From positions 6,386,001 to 6,450,000 of the forward strand of contig NC_047025.1 in assembly GCF_902652985.1 (NCBI RefSeq): 64,000 nucleotides of DNA, given 5' to 3'. The stretch's first letter is position 1. The number at the start of each line of letters is the position of its first letter. The position numbers and the translations under genes are program-made. The notes beneath the pieces are model-generated. The model did not search any database. It was not told where the DNA came from and worked only from the letters and a program-made list of their open reading frames with translations. Of the stretch, positions 26,215-39,044 are shown piece by piece. The DNA is from Pecten maximus (lineage: Eukaryota).

Positions 26215-26725
26215 TTAGCCTACCGTCATCAGATGGTGGGCTATTCAAATCGTCCTGCGCCTGTGGTCTGTGGTCAATCCGTCCCTCCCTCCGTATACAA
26301 TTCTTGTTATCGCTATATCTCAGAAAGTACCGAAGGGATCTTACTAAAGGGATCTTTCTCAAATTTCATATGGAAATTTCCCTTGGTCCCTAGTTATGCA
26401 TATTTATTTTGGGACTGATCAGTAAACAAGATGGCCGACAGGCAGCCATCTTTGATTTTGATAATTGAAGTTTGTTATCACTATTTCTGAGAAAGTACTG
26501 AAGGGATCTTTATCAAATTTCATAGGTAAGCTTCCCTTGGTACCTAGTTGTGCATATTGCATTTGGGGACCAATCAGAAAACAACATGACCATCAGTATA
26601 AAATTATTAAATGTTTTGAAAAAAGAGTGAAAGAAGATAAAAGAAGAGAAAAGATCAGTCTTTCATTTGACTAATATGGATCATTCAATGGTGGGCGCCA
26701 ATATACATCTGGGATCTCTTGTTTT
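26215..26725. mobile_element. Helentron/HINE-like non-autonomous element with internal ~160-bp tandem units
   Basis: Starts ttagcctaccgtcatcagatggtgggcta (hairpin), followed by a gtcc microsatellite and two internal repeat units, and ends gatctcttgtttt. Confidence 0.6.
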
Positions 26726-27012
26726 TTTCTTTAAACAATTCAAGGACTAAAAAGAAGTTTACATGCGTCTGCATCAAACTGTGCCATTTTAGGTCATCTG
26801 GCCTGAAGGGTCAGGATGACCTGTAGTCTTCGTGTTTGGTCCATCATCATGTGCAATACGTAAACTTTTCGCATTTCAAACTTTTCTTGCTTCTCAAGTT
26901 CCACTAGTGGGACTGAGCTCTAACATGCGCAAAATGATCCTGAGATGGTCCTGACCTAGTGTTGTAGCTAGCTGTATCAAGTATACATGACATTGTATCA
27001 ACCTCAAACAAA

Positions 27013-27243
27013 GAGGCTGCGGTGGCTGGGTGGTTAAGGTCTCCCAACACTTTATCACTCAGCCCTCCACCACTGGGTTGCGAGTTCGAAACCTACGTGG
27101 GGCAGTTACCTGGTACTGACAGTAGGTCGGTGGTGTTTCTCTGGGTACTCCGGCTTTCCTTCACCTCCAAAACCTGGCACGTCCTTAAATGACCATGGCT
27201 GTTAATAGGACGTTAAACAAAAAAAATTAAGCCAAATAAACCA
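27013..27243 (+). mobile_element. tRNA-derived V-type SINE
   Basis: A box (tggctgggtgg), B box (gagttcgaaac), V-like core tttctctgggtactccggctttcc, A-rich tail, TSD aacct(c/t)aaac. Confidence 0.8.
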
Positions 27244-27399
27244 AACCTTAAACTATGACTTCTTCTCTTTAAGTATGTTTTTTTAGATAATCTTAACTAA
27301 TTTTCCATTAACCCAAGTTTTGAATTTGAGCAGACCTTGAAGTCTAGGTAATGTAATTGGAAGGCTTTTAAAAAGTTCACCCTACTTTTGAATTTCCAG

Positions 27400-27492
27400 T
27401 GCCCTTGGTGTTGTGGGAATTCTGTATGTTGTTGTGTTGGTAACTGTCAAATACGCCATGCTTACAAAAGCTCCTGAACATATCACCACAGA
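27400..27492 (+). CDS. SLC38A7: SLC38A7-like exon 5
   Basis: ALGVVGILYVVVLVTVKYAMLTKAPEHITTE; cag|T ... GA|GTAAGT, phase 2 to 2. Confidence 0.9.
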
Positions 27493-28041
27493 GTAAGTAT
27501 AAATGATACAAACAATTTCTCTTAATGTAACATCTGGTTAATATCATGTTTTTTCTAAAATGTTATATTTACACATCATATAATGTATAATTCATAGTCA
27601 ATGATTATCATAAATCTAGGTTTTGTTATTACATTGCCAGTTTTTTGATTTTCAAAGTTAAAGTTTACTGTATACCTTTTTCATCCACTGACAGAATGCA
27701 GTTCTCTGTCATTGAATCATTGCAACCTTGACCTCAAGTGCAAAGGTCAAATAAGTGTGGATTTCATTGTTGTTATATTTTCTTAACTGTTGAAGATATC
27801 TTGATGAAATTTTCAGTTTACTTGTATTTCCTTCAGCCATAATTAAATCTTGTTTTAAAGACATGAGGAAGTTTGGTGTATAATTTAATTTGATAAAAGT
27901 GGAATTAGTGTCTGCTACTACAGCTTTTAGGCCTTTCAGTGGATGAGGGTGTATGATATACTGGCAATTATATAAATCCAAGGAAACATATCAATGAATT
28001 TTAAAGTATTGAAATTTTGCAGCATATATTGACAGTTATAG

Positions 28042-28313
28042 CACAGGCGTATGCTTCTGGTTAGTATTTATAGAAAAAAACCATTAGCCCCTTATCATAC
28101 TATATCAACAAGGTGTTACACTTGAAGATCTACGATGCATCGACCATAGGACAGAAGCAGACCTGATTGGTCGACAGCTCTATAAACAATACTAACTATA
28201 TTTGTCGACCAATCAGGTCTACTTCCGTTCCACAGTCAATGCACTGCAGATCTTGCAGGAGTAGGGTCTAATATTTTTTTTCTATAAATAATAACAAGAA
28301 GCATACGCCTGTG
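28042..28313. mobile_element. Foldback MITE with CACAGGCGTATGCTTC termini
   Basis: ~40-bp TIR plus a nested inner inverted repeat (gacctgattggtcgaca). Flanks gttatag/gtaatag are a possible 7-bp TSD with 1 mismatch. Confidence 0.75.
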
Positions 28314-28434
28314 GTAATAGCGATGATAAAAATAATTGACATTTTATCAGGGTTAGCACTGATCAGTTATTTTACAGGTAATTTGAATAGATACACATGT
28401 ACATGTATGATTTTTTTATTGTCTCTGTTGACAG

Positions 28435-28492
28435 ACCAAAACAGTGGATGGACTTGTTCTTAGTTGTACCAACAATTTGTTTTGCGTACCAG
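28435..28492 (+). CDS. SLC38A7: SLC38A7-like exon 6
   Basis: PKQWMDLFLVVPTICFAYQ; phase 2 to 0; joins CH of the next exon to give the conserved FxYQCH motif. Confidence 0.93.
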
Positions 28493-29457
28493 GTAATCCA
28501 CAATTTGATTTTCTTGTGTGTGAAAATATCCCATCATAACATGGAATAGATTAATCAGCAAATGCTATTCCATTTTTTGTTCACATGGCACGAGGTGCCA
28601 GTGAGCTTATGTTATGGTGCATGAGTGTGCATCTGTCGTCCTTTATCCTTCCGTCTACTTTTAACTTTAGAAAACTATAAGCAGCTGAGAACTGATATTT
28701 GACCAGGAAGTGCATGGGAAATTAATGAGTACTTTGAAGTTTCCTCATAAAAAAGACCTTGACCTATTTTTAGGCTCACAGGGGTCAAAGATGTCAAATA
28801 ATCTTCTTCTCAAGATCCAAAAGGCCCAGAGAGCACATATATGGCCAGCAGGTACAGGGAAGAGTGGTATAAAGTTTCCTCATATATATGACCTTGACCT
28901 TTTAAATAGTTGTGTAAAATTTAACTACAACAGTTACTGTATTTATCCTCAAATTAGCCCCCCCCCCCCCCCCCAGTGTAAAAGTTAATTACTGTACATG
29001 TATTGATCCCAATATAAGCCCCCTCCCCTAGTGTAAAATATTAGTACTGTTAAGTACTTATCATCAAATAAGCCCCCCCCCCCCAAAAAAAACAAAACAA
29101 ACCAAACCATTGTTGGGAGAGACAACTGAAAAAGTAGGAAGATGATTTAACCTACCGGTATTTGAGTATTTTGCCATGATTACTGGAATATCCAGGTAAA
29201 TGATGCAGGCCCTCAGGGCCTCTCAATTCATCTGAAATTATTAAGCAACTTTTCTAGCCAATCAAAAGCAATGTTACAAGCAGCAACTTCTTTTTTATAT
29301 TATGTGATGAATTTTTTTTTTTTTTAAATTCGCCGCTAGAAATGCTTGTTTCAAACAGAAATTAAATACGATATTGAAGTGTTGAAGTGTTGAAGTGTTG
29401 AATGAAGTACAAGATGTAGTTCCTGAATTGATGCTCAGTACTTTGTTTACATTCCAG

Positions 29458-29717
29458 TGTCATGTAAGCGTGATACCTATATATTCCTGTATGAAGCAGA
29501 GAGGTATGAAGGAGTTTGGTAAGACAATCAGTTGTGCTATAGCTTTGTGTGTCCTCACCTACACTGTCGTGGCGGCCTTCGGATACCTGACCTTTGGGGA
29601 CGGCATCACCACAGATATATTACTATCCTACGATCCAGATCCGTCGGTGCTTGTTGCTGTAATCCTTATCGCTGTGAAAACATACACCACCTATCCTATA
29701 CTGCTTTTTTGTGGCAG
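29458..29717 (+). CDS. SLC38A7: SLC38A7-like exon 7
   Basis: CHVSVIPIYSCMK...FGYLTFG...DILLSY...KTYTTYPILLFCGR; AG|GTGAG donor. Confidence 0.95.
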
Positions 29718-29723
29718 GTGAGC

Positions 29724-31825
29724 TTGGTATCTCCTTAAGTCTTTGTGGTATCTCCTTAAGTCTTTTTGGTATCACCTTAAGTCTTTTTGGTATCACCTTA
29801 AGTCTTTGTGGTATCACCTTAAGTCTTTTTGGTATCTCCTTAAGTCTTTTTGGTATCACCTAAAGTCTTTTTGGTATCACCTAAAGTCTTTTTGGTATCA
29901 CCTTAAATCTTTTTGGTATCTCCTTAAGTCTTTTGGTATCACCTTAAATCTTTGTGGTATCACCTTAAGTCTTTTTGGTATCACCTAAAGTCTTTTTGGT
30001 ATCACCTAAAGTCTTTTTGGTATCACCTTAAATCTTTTTGGTATCTCCTTAAGTCTTTTTGGTATCACCTTAAGTCTTTTTGGTATCACCTTAAATCTTT
30101 TTGGTATCTCCTTAAGTCTTTTTGGTATCTCCTTAAGTCTTTTTGGTATCTCCTTCAGTCTTTTTGGTATATCCTTAAGTCTTTTTGGTATCTCCTTAAG
30201 TCTTTTTGGTATCTCCTTCAGTCTTTTTGGTATCACCTTAAGTCTTTTTGGTATCTCCTTAAGTCTTTTTGGTATCACCTTAAGTCTTTTGGTATCACCT
30301 TAAGTCTTTTTGGTATCACCTAAAGTCTTTTTGGTATCTCCTTCAGTCTTTTTGGTATCACCTAAAGTCTTTTTGGTATCTCCTTAAGTCTTTTTGGTAT
30401 CACCTTAAGTCTTTTGGTATCACCTTAAGTCTTTTTGGTATCACCTAAAGTCTTTTTGGTATCACCTAAAGTCTTTTTGGTATCACCTTAAGTCTTTTTG
30501 GTATCTCCTTAAGTCTTTTGGTATCACCTAAAGTCTTTGTGGTATCACCTTAAGTCTTTTTGGTATCTCCTAAGGTTTTTTGGTATCTCCTAAGGTTTTT
30601 TGGTATCACCTAAAGTCTTTGTGGTATCTCCTTAAGTCTTTTGGTATCACCTAAAGTCTTTGTGGTATCTCCTAAAGTCTTTTTGGTATCACCTTAAGTC
30701 TTTGTGGTATCTCCTAAAGTCTTTTTGGTATCACCTTAAGTCTTTTTGGTATCACCTTAAGTCTTTTTGGTATCACCTTAAGTCTTTGTGGTATCTCCTT
30801 AAGTCTTTTTGGTATATCCTTCAGTCTTTTTGGTATCACCTTAAGTCTTTTTGGTATCTCCTAAAGTCTTTTTGGTATCACCTTAAGTCTTTTGGTATCA
30901 CCTTAAGTCTTTTTGGTATCACCTTAAGTCTTTTTGGTATCACCTAAAGTCTTTTTGGTATCACCTAAAGTCTTTTTGGTATCACCTTAAGTCTTTTTGG
31001 TATCACCTTAAGTCTTTTTGGTATCTCCTTAAGTCTTTTGGTATCACCTAAAGTCTTTGTGGTATCACCTTAAGTCTTTTTGGTATCTCCTAAGGTTTTT
31101 TGGTATCTCCTAAGGTTTTTTGGTATCACCTAAAGTCTTTGTGGTATCTCCTTAAGTCTTTTGGTATCACCTAAAGTCTTTGTGGTATCTCCTAAAGTCT
31201 TTTTGGTATCACCTTAAGTCTTTTTGGTATCTCCTAAGGTTTTTTGGTATCACCTTAAGTCTTTTTGGTATCTCCTAAGGTTTTTTGGTATCACCTAAAG
31301 TCTTTGTGGTATCTCCTAAAGTCTTTTTGGTATCACCTTAAGTCTTTGTGGTATCTCCTAAAGTCTTTTTGGTATCACCTTAAGTCTTTTTGGTATCTCC
31401 TAAGGTTTTTTGGTATCACCTTAAATCTTTTTGGTATCTCCTTAAGTCTTTTTGGTATCTCCTTAAGTCTTTTTGGTATCTCCTTAAGTCTTTTTGGTAT
31501 CTCCTTAAGTCTTTTGGTATCACCTTAAGTCTTTTTGGTATCACCTTAAGTCTTTTTGGTATCTCCTAAAGTCTTTTTGGTATCACCTTAAGTCTTTGTG
31601 GTATCTCCTTAAGTCTTTTGGTATCTCCTTAAGTCTTTGTGGTATCACCTTAAGTCTTTGTGGTATCTCCTTAAGTCTTTGTGTTATCACCTTAAGTCTT
31701 TTTGGTATCTCCTTAAGTCTTTTTGGTATCACCTTAAGTCTTCGTGGTATCTCCTTAAGTATTTTTGGTATCACCTAAAGTCTTTTGGTATCTCCTTAAG
31801 TCTTTTGGTATCACCTTAATTCTTT
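29724..31825. repeat. 21-bp minisatellite (ggtatc(a/t)cct(t/a)aagtcttt(t/g)t), ~100 copies, in SLC38A7 intron 7
   Basis: Directly visible; explains the KSFWYHL/IPKRLKE pseudo-ORFs. Confidence 0.97.
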
Positions 31826-32376
31826 GTTGTTATGATATGGAGTAATCTGGCTAATGTAATTGTTGGTACATAATTATAGGGAAGGAGGTGGGCGTATTAG
31901 TTAGCCTTTTGCTTTCAGTTCTGTTAAACCAATTTAAAAACATCCTAAATAAATATTACTGTATGTATAAAATGGAACGTTCGTTTTGTATATGTTCGTT
32001 TTGTATATATATATGTTTTCATTGGTTTCGTGGTTGCCGTGGACCCACAAATATAAATATAATTAATATTGTTGCATGTGTTAATTATGATGTTAATTTT
32101 ACACACAAAATAATTTGAAAGCTCCAAACCATGAAAATGTATGCACAAACATTTAATGTTATATAATATTTAAAAAAGGTAAAAAAGTAATGATATGTTA
32201 TTGAATAATTAATTGATTGAATAATATTGATATAAATAGATTTGAAATAAATTATTCTTTGAAGCAAGTTAACCCACCAAGACACTATGTGTAATTTTTA
32301 ACAAAATTACTGCATTAAAGTTTTAAATTAAAGTTTTAAATTTGATATTGTTTATTTTCCTATCTACGCCATTCAG

Positions 32377-32576
32377 GGCAGCGTTAGACTGTTTATGGGT
32401 GGATATTCGCCGCATGTCTTCTGAGAGAGTGGAGGAGACGGAGCGACCAAGGCGGATCATTGTCACACTGATATGGTTCTTGGCCACACTAGCGATGGCT
32501 ATTTTCATTCCTAACATTGGAGTAGTCATTCAGATTCTTGGTGCTTTTGCGGCAATATTCATCTTTGTTTTTCCAG
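32377..32576 (+). CDS. SLC38A7: SLC38A7-like exon 8
   Basis: AALDCLW...IIVTLIWFLATLAMAIFIPNIGVVIQILGAFAAIFIFVFPG; phase 2 to 1. Confidence 0.95.
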
Positions 32577-32717
32577 GTAAGAACTCACGAAATACAGTAA
32601 TGCATTATTTTTTGCAGCTCAGAGGAAATTGAAGTTTTATTGAAGAAACTATGCCATACCATGCTTTAAAATAACAGTTCACTAAATTGCAACTGTTCAC
32701 TAGATTAGGTAATATAG

Positions 32718-32941
32718 AGGAGCCGCAGTGGCCAAGTGGTTAAGGTGTCTCAACATTTTATCACTAGCCCTTCACCTCTGGGTTGCGAGTTCAAAACCTA
32801 CGTGGCGCAGTTGCCAGGTACTGACTGTATGCCGGTGGTTTTTCTCCGGGTACTCCGGCTTTCCTCCACCTCAAAAACCTGGCTATTCATTAAATGACCC
32901 TGGCTGTTAATAGGACGTTAAACAAAAACAAATAAACAAAC
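32718..32941 (+). mobile_element. tRNA-derived V-type SINE
   Basis: Same family as 27013; perfect 10-bp TSD ggtaatatag (32708-32717 / 32942-32951). Confidence 0.85.
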
Positions 32942-33503
32942 GGTAATATAGCATATGACTATTGAAAGTTTAGAACTCTTCAGATAGATAACACTTTAAA
33001 GACAGCATCATTTCCGAGATATCAGAAGGAATCAAGCACAAAAATACTGCAAGTTCCAAAGAAACACACCACTCAGCATGCAGCTTACACACAGGAGAAG
33101 CCATAATGAGCAAAGTTGTTTATAGAATACTAAACAAAATAAGTCCAAACCAAACCTATACAACTTGTCAGTGGAACTTACTTCATATTCTGGGCGTGGG
33201 TTCTGTTGGTTCACCTTAGTGAAGTGCTGTGTCCAAAAGTAGGTCACTCTGTTTTACTTATTCAACTCAGGTGACCACTGAGGCCCATGGGCCTCATGTT
33301 TGGATTACTGAAAGGCCAAACCCCTCGCTTACTTTCTGAGGTTGTAGAACAGCCATAACAGGCTCAAATTTTATTGTGCTACACTGTATTATGATATACA
33401 CTTTTATTTATTTAAATGTATCAATGTAAAGCCTATTCTCCCAGTGTCTTGAGACATAAGGTTGATAAAGAATCTGAAATCTTGTGTATGGGTTGACCTA
33501 GAT

Positions 33504-33735
33504 GACGGGGTTGCTGTGGCTATGTGGTTTAAGTGTCCTGGCACTTTATCACTAGCCCTCCACCTCTGGGGTGTGGGTGAAAAGAGTTCAAAACCTATGT
33601 GGGGCAGTTGCCAGGTACTGACCGGAGGCCAGTGGTTTTTCTCCGGGTACTCCGGCTTTCCTCCACCTCCAAAACCTGGAACGTCCTTAACTGACTCTGG
33701 CTGTTAATAGGACATTAAACAAAAAAGAAACAAAA
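33504..33735 (+). mobile_element. tRNA-derived V-type SINE
   Basis: Same family; perfect 10-bp TSD tgacctagat (33494-33503 / 33736-33745). Confidence 0.85.
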
Positions 33736-33959
33736 TGACCTAGATAAGGCTGTATGTTATGTCCCTTATGACCTAAAATTTGACCTCTAACTTTTATCAA
33801 AGAAAAGAAAAATGTTTGTCAGGGCTCTGCTGTGAAGCCTGTGATATGATATTTTATTTTCATGGGGAACTACATTGTAATAAGCCAAACATGTTTTTGG
33901 ATAAATTTATTAATTTATAAAAACACAATTAATTAAAGAAATATGATTGTATTTTACAG

Positions 33960-34162
33960 GTATGTGTATGGTAAAAGCGGTAGAGATGAAGGCAGACGGT
34001 GTGTGGGATAGGAAACTAAAAGCCATGATGTTGTTTGCCATAATCTTCATAGTCATTGGAGCGTTTATATTTGGTTTGACTTTAACACAGTCTATACTTA
34101 GTGACTCGGGCGGTGTGAAAGCCGACAAGTCTAAATATACATGCAATACAACAGCTGTATAA
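33960..34162 (+). CDS. SLC38A7: SLC38A7-like exon 9 (terminal)
   Basis: GMCMVKA...MLFAIIFIVIGAFIFGLTLTQSI...stop. The nine exons total 1386 nt, i.e. 461 aa plus stop, in frame. Confidence 0.93.
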
Positions 34163-34742
34163 GGTTTATTGTTGTATGATATTATTATGTAGTTATTGTA
34201 AGAAATTTGATGTTTAAAGACTTTTATTTTGGACATCTTGGGTGCTTCAGGATTTTTGTTCACTTTCACTCTGCAAGCAAAAGTGAATATAAAAATGGCG
34301 TATTAAACTAGATCACATGAAAATTTCTCATTATTTTTTTTTCAAAAAATCATCCTAGAAACTCTATGAATAACTCATGAATTACGCTCATGTTTGCTTG
34401 CAGTCCATTTTGTGACATTTTGAGTTTTGGCTCAAAATGATCTTGATGTAGTCACCTACTGGAATCCAAATTTTAGCTGTTGACAAATTGAATATTTGTC
34501 TTTGAAATCATTGTTATCGCCGACGTATGTTCATGTACATGTATGTACAGCTTTGTTTTGATATATATACATAATGATATAGAGCAATCAAGACATAGGC
34601 AATACTCAGTTCAGATGGAAGTATACATTATTCCATGATTTTAAACCCAGAATACAAATTTACTTTGTGGGTCAATTTGTTTTGAGGTAACATCTTATTG
34701 TATAAATGAAATAAATTAAATGTATAAAGGACAGTGCATACA

Positions 34743-36733
34743 CAGGCACTCGCCTCTTCTGTCAATATACCTTATATACCAGAGCATATTAGATGTATTG
34801 ACAGTGAAGGCAAAAGTATATTAGGTGTATTGACAGACGAGATGAGAGTATATTAGATGTATTGACAGTGAAGGCAAAAGTTTATTAGGTGTATTGACAG
34901 ACGAGATGAGAGTATATTATGTGTATTGACAGACGCGGCGAGAGCTTATTAGGTGTATTGACAGACAAGGTGAGGGTATCTTAGGTGTATTGACAGACGA
35001 GGTGACAGTATATTAGGTGTATTGACAGACGAGGAGAGAGTATATTAGGTGTATGACAGACGAGGAGAGAGTATATTAGGTGTATTGACAGACGAGGTGA
35101 CAGTATATTAGGTGTATTGACAGACGAGGAGAGAGTATATTAGGTGTATTGACAGACGAGGTGAGAGTATATTATGTGTATTGACAGACGAGGTGAGAGT
35201 ATGTTAGGTGTATTGACAGACCAGGTGAGAGTATATAAGGTGTATTGACAGACGAGGTGAGAGTATATTAGGTGTATTGACAGACAAGGTGACAGTATAT
35301 TAGGTGTATGACAGACAAGGTGAGAGTATATTAGGTGTATTGACAGACAAGGCCAGAGTATATAAGGTGTATTGACAGACAAGGGGAGAGTATATTAGGT
35401 GTATTGACAGACGAGGTGAGGGTATATTAGGTGTATTGACAGACGAGGTGAGAGTATATTAGGTGTATTGACAGACGAGGTGACAGTATATAAGGTGTAT
35501 TGGCAGACAAGGCCAGAGTATATTAGGTGTATTGACAGACGAGGTGAGAGTATATTAGGTGTATTGACAGACCAGGTGAGGGTATATAAGGTGTATTGAC
35601 AGACAAGGTGAGGGTATATTAGGGTATTGACAGACGAGGTGAGAGTATATTAGGTGTATTGGCAGACAAGGTGACAGTATATTAGGTGTATTGACAGACG
35701 AGGTGAGGGTATATTATGTGTATTGACAGACGAGGAGAGAGTATATTAGGTGTATTGGCAGACAAGGTGAGGGTATCTTAGGTGTATTGACAGACAAGGG
35801 GAGAGTATATTAGGTGTATGACAGACGAGGTGAGGGTATCTTAGGTGTATTGACAGACGAGGAGAGAGTATATTAGGGTATTGACAGACGAGGTGACAGT
35901 ATATTAGGTGTATTGACAGACGAGGAGAGAGTATATTAGGTGTATTGACAGACGAGGTGAGAGTATATTAGGTGTATTGACAGACTTGGTGAGGTTATCT
36001 TAGGTGTATTGACAGACGAGGAGAGAGTATATTAGGTGTATTGACAGACGAGGTGAGAGTATATTAGGTGTATTGACAGACAAGGTGAGAGTATATTAGG
36101 TGTATTGACAGACGAGGTGAGAGTATATTAGGTGTATTGACAGACGAGGTGAGAGTATATTATGTGTATTGACAGACGAGGAGAGGGTATATTAGGTGTA
36201 TTGACAGACGAGGAGAGAGTATATTAGGTGTATTGACAGACAAGGTGAGGGTATATTAGGTGTATTGACAGACGAGGTGAGAGTATATTAGGTGTATTGA
36301 CAGACGAGGTGAGAGTATATTAGGTGTATTGACAGACGAGGAGAGAGTATATTAGGTGTATTGGCAGACAAGGTGAGGGTATCTTAGGTGTATTGACAGA
36401 CAAGGGGAGAGTATATTAGGTGTATGACAGACGAGGTGAGGGTATCTTAGGTGTATTGACAGACGAGGAGAGAGTATATTAGGTGTATTGGCAGACAAGG
36501 TGAGAGTATATTAGGTGTATTGACAGACGAAATGAGAGTATATTAGGTGTATTGACAGACAAGGGGAGAGTATATTAGGTGTATGACAGACAAGGTGAGA
36601 GTATATTAGGTGTATTGACAGACAAGGCCAGAGTATATAAGGTGTATTGACAGACAAGGCCAGAGTATATAAGGTGTATTGACAGATGAGGTGAGGGTAT
36701 ATTAGGTTCATTGACAGACGAGGTGAGTGCCTG
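34743..36733. mobile_element. hAT-like non-autonomous element filled with a 32-bp minisatellite (~60 copies)
   Basis: TIR caggcactc(g/a)cctc(t/g)tctgtcaat; 8-bp TSD tgcataca/tgaataca; unit gagagtatattaggtgtattgacagacgaggt. Confidence 0.85.
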
Positions 36734-37525
36734 TGAATACATAGTGAATGTATGCCAAAATTTATACTGCAGCCTGCACAAAATTGTAGTTGTATGAAAT
36801 TCTTTCTTTGATAGCAAAATGGTGTTGAGATCAACAGTACCATTTACAAGTACAGCCCATCAATTTCTCCTTTTTTTATCAAAAACATTTCAGACAAGAC
36901 TGTGATATAATTGTTTTTGTATTTCCTGTTTTTAATGTTTCAGAAAAGTGATGTATTATTATTATTATTATTGTGTTCATAATTTCTGAAGTAATCTTCA
37001 GATATGTTTTAAAATGTCTCTGACAGTGTGTATGTAAATGGCATGTAATATTGTATGTTTTATGTTAAGAAATTTTAACGAATATTTGTGTTAGAATATT
37101 TTGTCTCCATTTAAAAAATGATAATTTGGTAGGCCAGTTATTGCAAAGTTGCGGTTTTATTTCAGTTAATTTTTTTTTTAAATGTTCACCATTTTGATTT
37201 TACTATAAATTGGCTGTTATCATCTTTCTTTTAATAATTTTATTATTAAAGCTATTGAATTGTGTTTTTTAGAGACAAATGATTTAAAGTTTAACCTTAA
37301 TTCAAAAAATGTTTGATTGGTATTTGTTATTTTAATGTTTAATTTTGAAATTTTGCACAATGCTAAAATGTGTTTTAACTAAATTTCAATTTTAAAATCA
37401 TTTACATTCCATTTTTTATTAGAACCAATCGACAAAAATATGTCAGCACTTACATGATTTTTCTTTGTTCATGTTTCATACATATATGAAAATTCCTTGA
37501 ATTTTAATAACTTTTAGCCAAATGA

Positions 37526-37718
37526 CTCCTCTTTCAGCTCAATGCTTTCGGTTTTTCACTTTCTTAGAAATCAGTGTGTTTTTGGCAAGCTAAACGTATT
37601 AAACACCATTTTGGCAGGGACAAAGAAGCAATGATGTCACATTGAGATCATGAACATTATGGTATTTTGAAAATGAAACAATAAAAAATGATGCCAATAT
37701 TATGAGCTGAAAGAGGAG
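37526..37718. mobile_element. Short MITE-like element
   Basis: Perfect 16-bp inverted termini ctcctctttcagctca / tgagctgaaagaggag. Confidence 0.55.
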
Positions 37719-38134
37719 ACAATTTTCTACTAGCATGTAGCATTGAAAAGTAAAGATCAGCAAAATTTGTAGCCTCATTATATATTTTCTATATATTTGA
37801 AGATATGAACATAATTTATTGCTGAATTGATTTTAAAATTTACCTAATATAATCTTATTGAAAAAAGTATAAATGACAGATTTTAAGCACGTTGTTATGT
37901 TAAGAAAAATATGGACATTGAGAAGGCATTCATTATGGTGTTTTGATACACATATACACAGCAGTTGTGAGATGTTTTTATTTGAAATACAAGATGAGAT
38001 TATTTAATATTCCTAAGCATTATGTTAAGTCTAACCATACAGGAAGTGATTATTATACATAAATCTCTTGTTGGTATACACTGTGTTTGTGTATATCTAG
38101 CCATTTTCATGGACTGCATTAATTTTCCTATGAC

Positions 38135-38450
38135 TAGTCGCCTGTTGTCAGTATAATGTGACCGGGTGGGGTGTCCTGCTGGGTGTCTTCGGCAGTATGC
38201 TTCAGTGAGATAGCACTATAATCGGCATTAGTTCCACGCTATCACAAGAAGACACGAACATACTCTCACCTCCCAAGACACACACATACACTACACACAA
38301 CATACTCTCACCTCTCAAAATACACACATTCACTACACACAACATACTCTCACCTCTCAAAACACACACAACATACTCTCACCTCTCAAAATACACACAT
38401 ACACTACACACATACATTTTGCACACAGGGGAGGCTGTCTTTGTATGACC
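38135..38450 (+). mobile_element. Meta-type SINE fragment with internal CA-rich tandem repeats
   Basis: gtcagtataatgtgaccgggtggg...cttcagtgagatagcactata resembles the MetaSINE central domain; followed by 4 copies of acatactctcacct. Confidence 0.55.
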
Positions 38451-38559
38451 ATCGGTATTGATTGGTTTTCCTGATGTCCTCCATGAACATGATGTATGAC
38501 AACATAACACTAACACATGGATTTCCATGTGACAGGTTGTGTTTCAGATAATTTTAATT

Positions 38560-38800
38560 GTACTGTATGACAATAGCTACTGGTGTTGGGTTGTGTTTCT
38601 CAGGAAGCTGAGAAACGGGTCGGTTGTACTATCATGGTTGTGTCCATGGGCAAGACACTTAGCTCTAATTGCTCTGGATGGCATGCAGTGGGCATCCCGT
38701 ATGTTATTCAGTGAGGTAGTCACCAACTACTACAAGGAGACTTCACCTCAAGATGACTCTAGCTGTTCACGGGGCAATAAACCCAAAAAACAAACATAAT
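38560..38800 (+). mobile_element. CORE-like SINE copy
   Basis: gtgtccatgggcaagacacttagc (CORE-like); 3' part shared with 5465-5750. Confidence 0.7.
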
Positions 38801-39044
38801 ATGCCAATTGACATCAAATTGTATTTATACATGTTATATTTCCAAAACATATTACAAAGCACCATACATAAATGTTATGTTATTAAATATCCTTTGAATT
38901 GCTGTTTATGTTTATTTTATCTGCAATCATTAAGAAACATTGCAGTAAAATATTGTTAAATTTCAAAATGTTAGTGCAATATTATTAAGTATGACATTTT
39001 CACAGAACATGCATGTACCAATTAGATGTTTAAAGGAAAAAATG

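Noticed and set aside
29623-31819. ORFs with KSFWYHL / IPKRLKE heptad repeats
   Set aside because: By-products of a 21-bp intronic minisatellite; frames are broken by frequent 1-bp indels.
27013-33735. tRNA genes suggested by A/B boxes
   Set aside because: These are SINE heads followed by a V-like core, A-tail and TSDs; no complete cloverleaf.
34785-36843. 32-bp repeat as a CRISPR array, and its ORFs
   Set aside because: No unique spacers, no cas genes, eukaryotic context; the ORFs are repeat translations.
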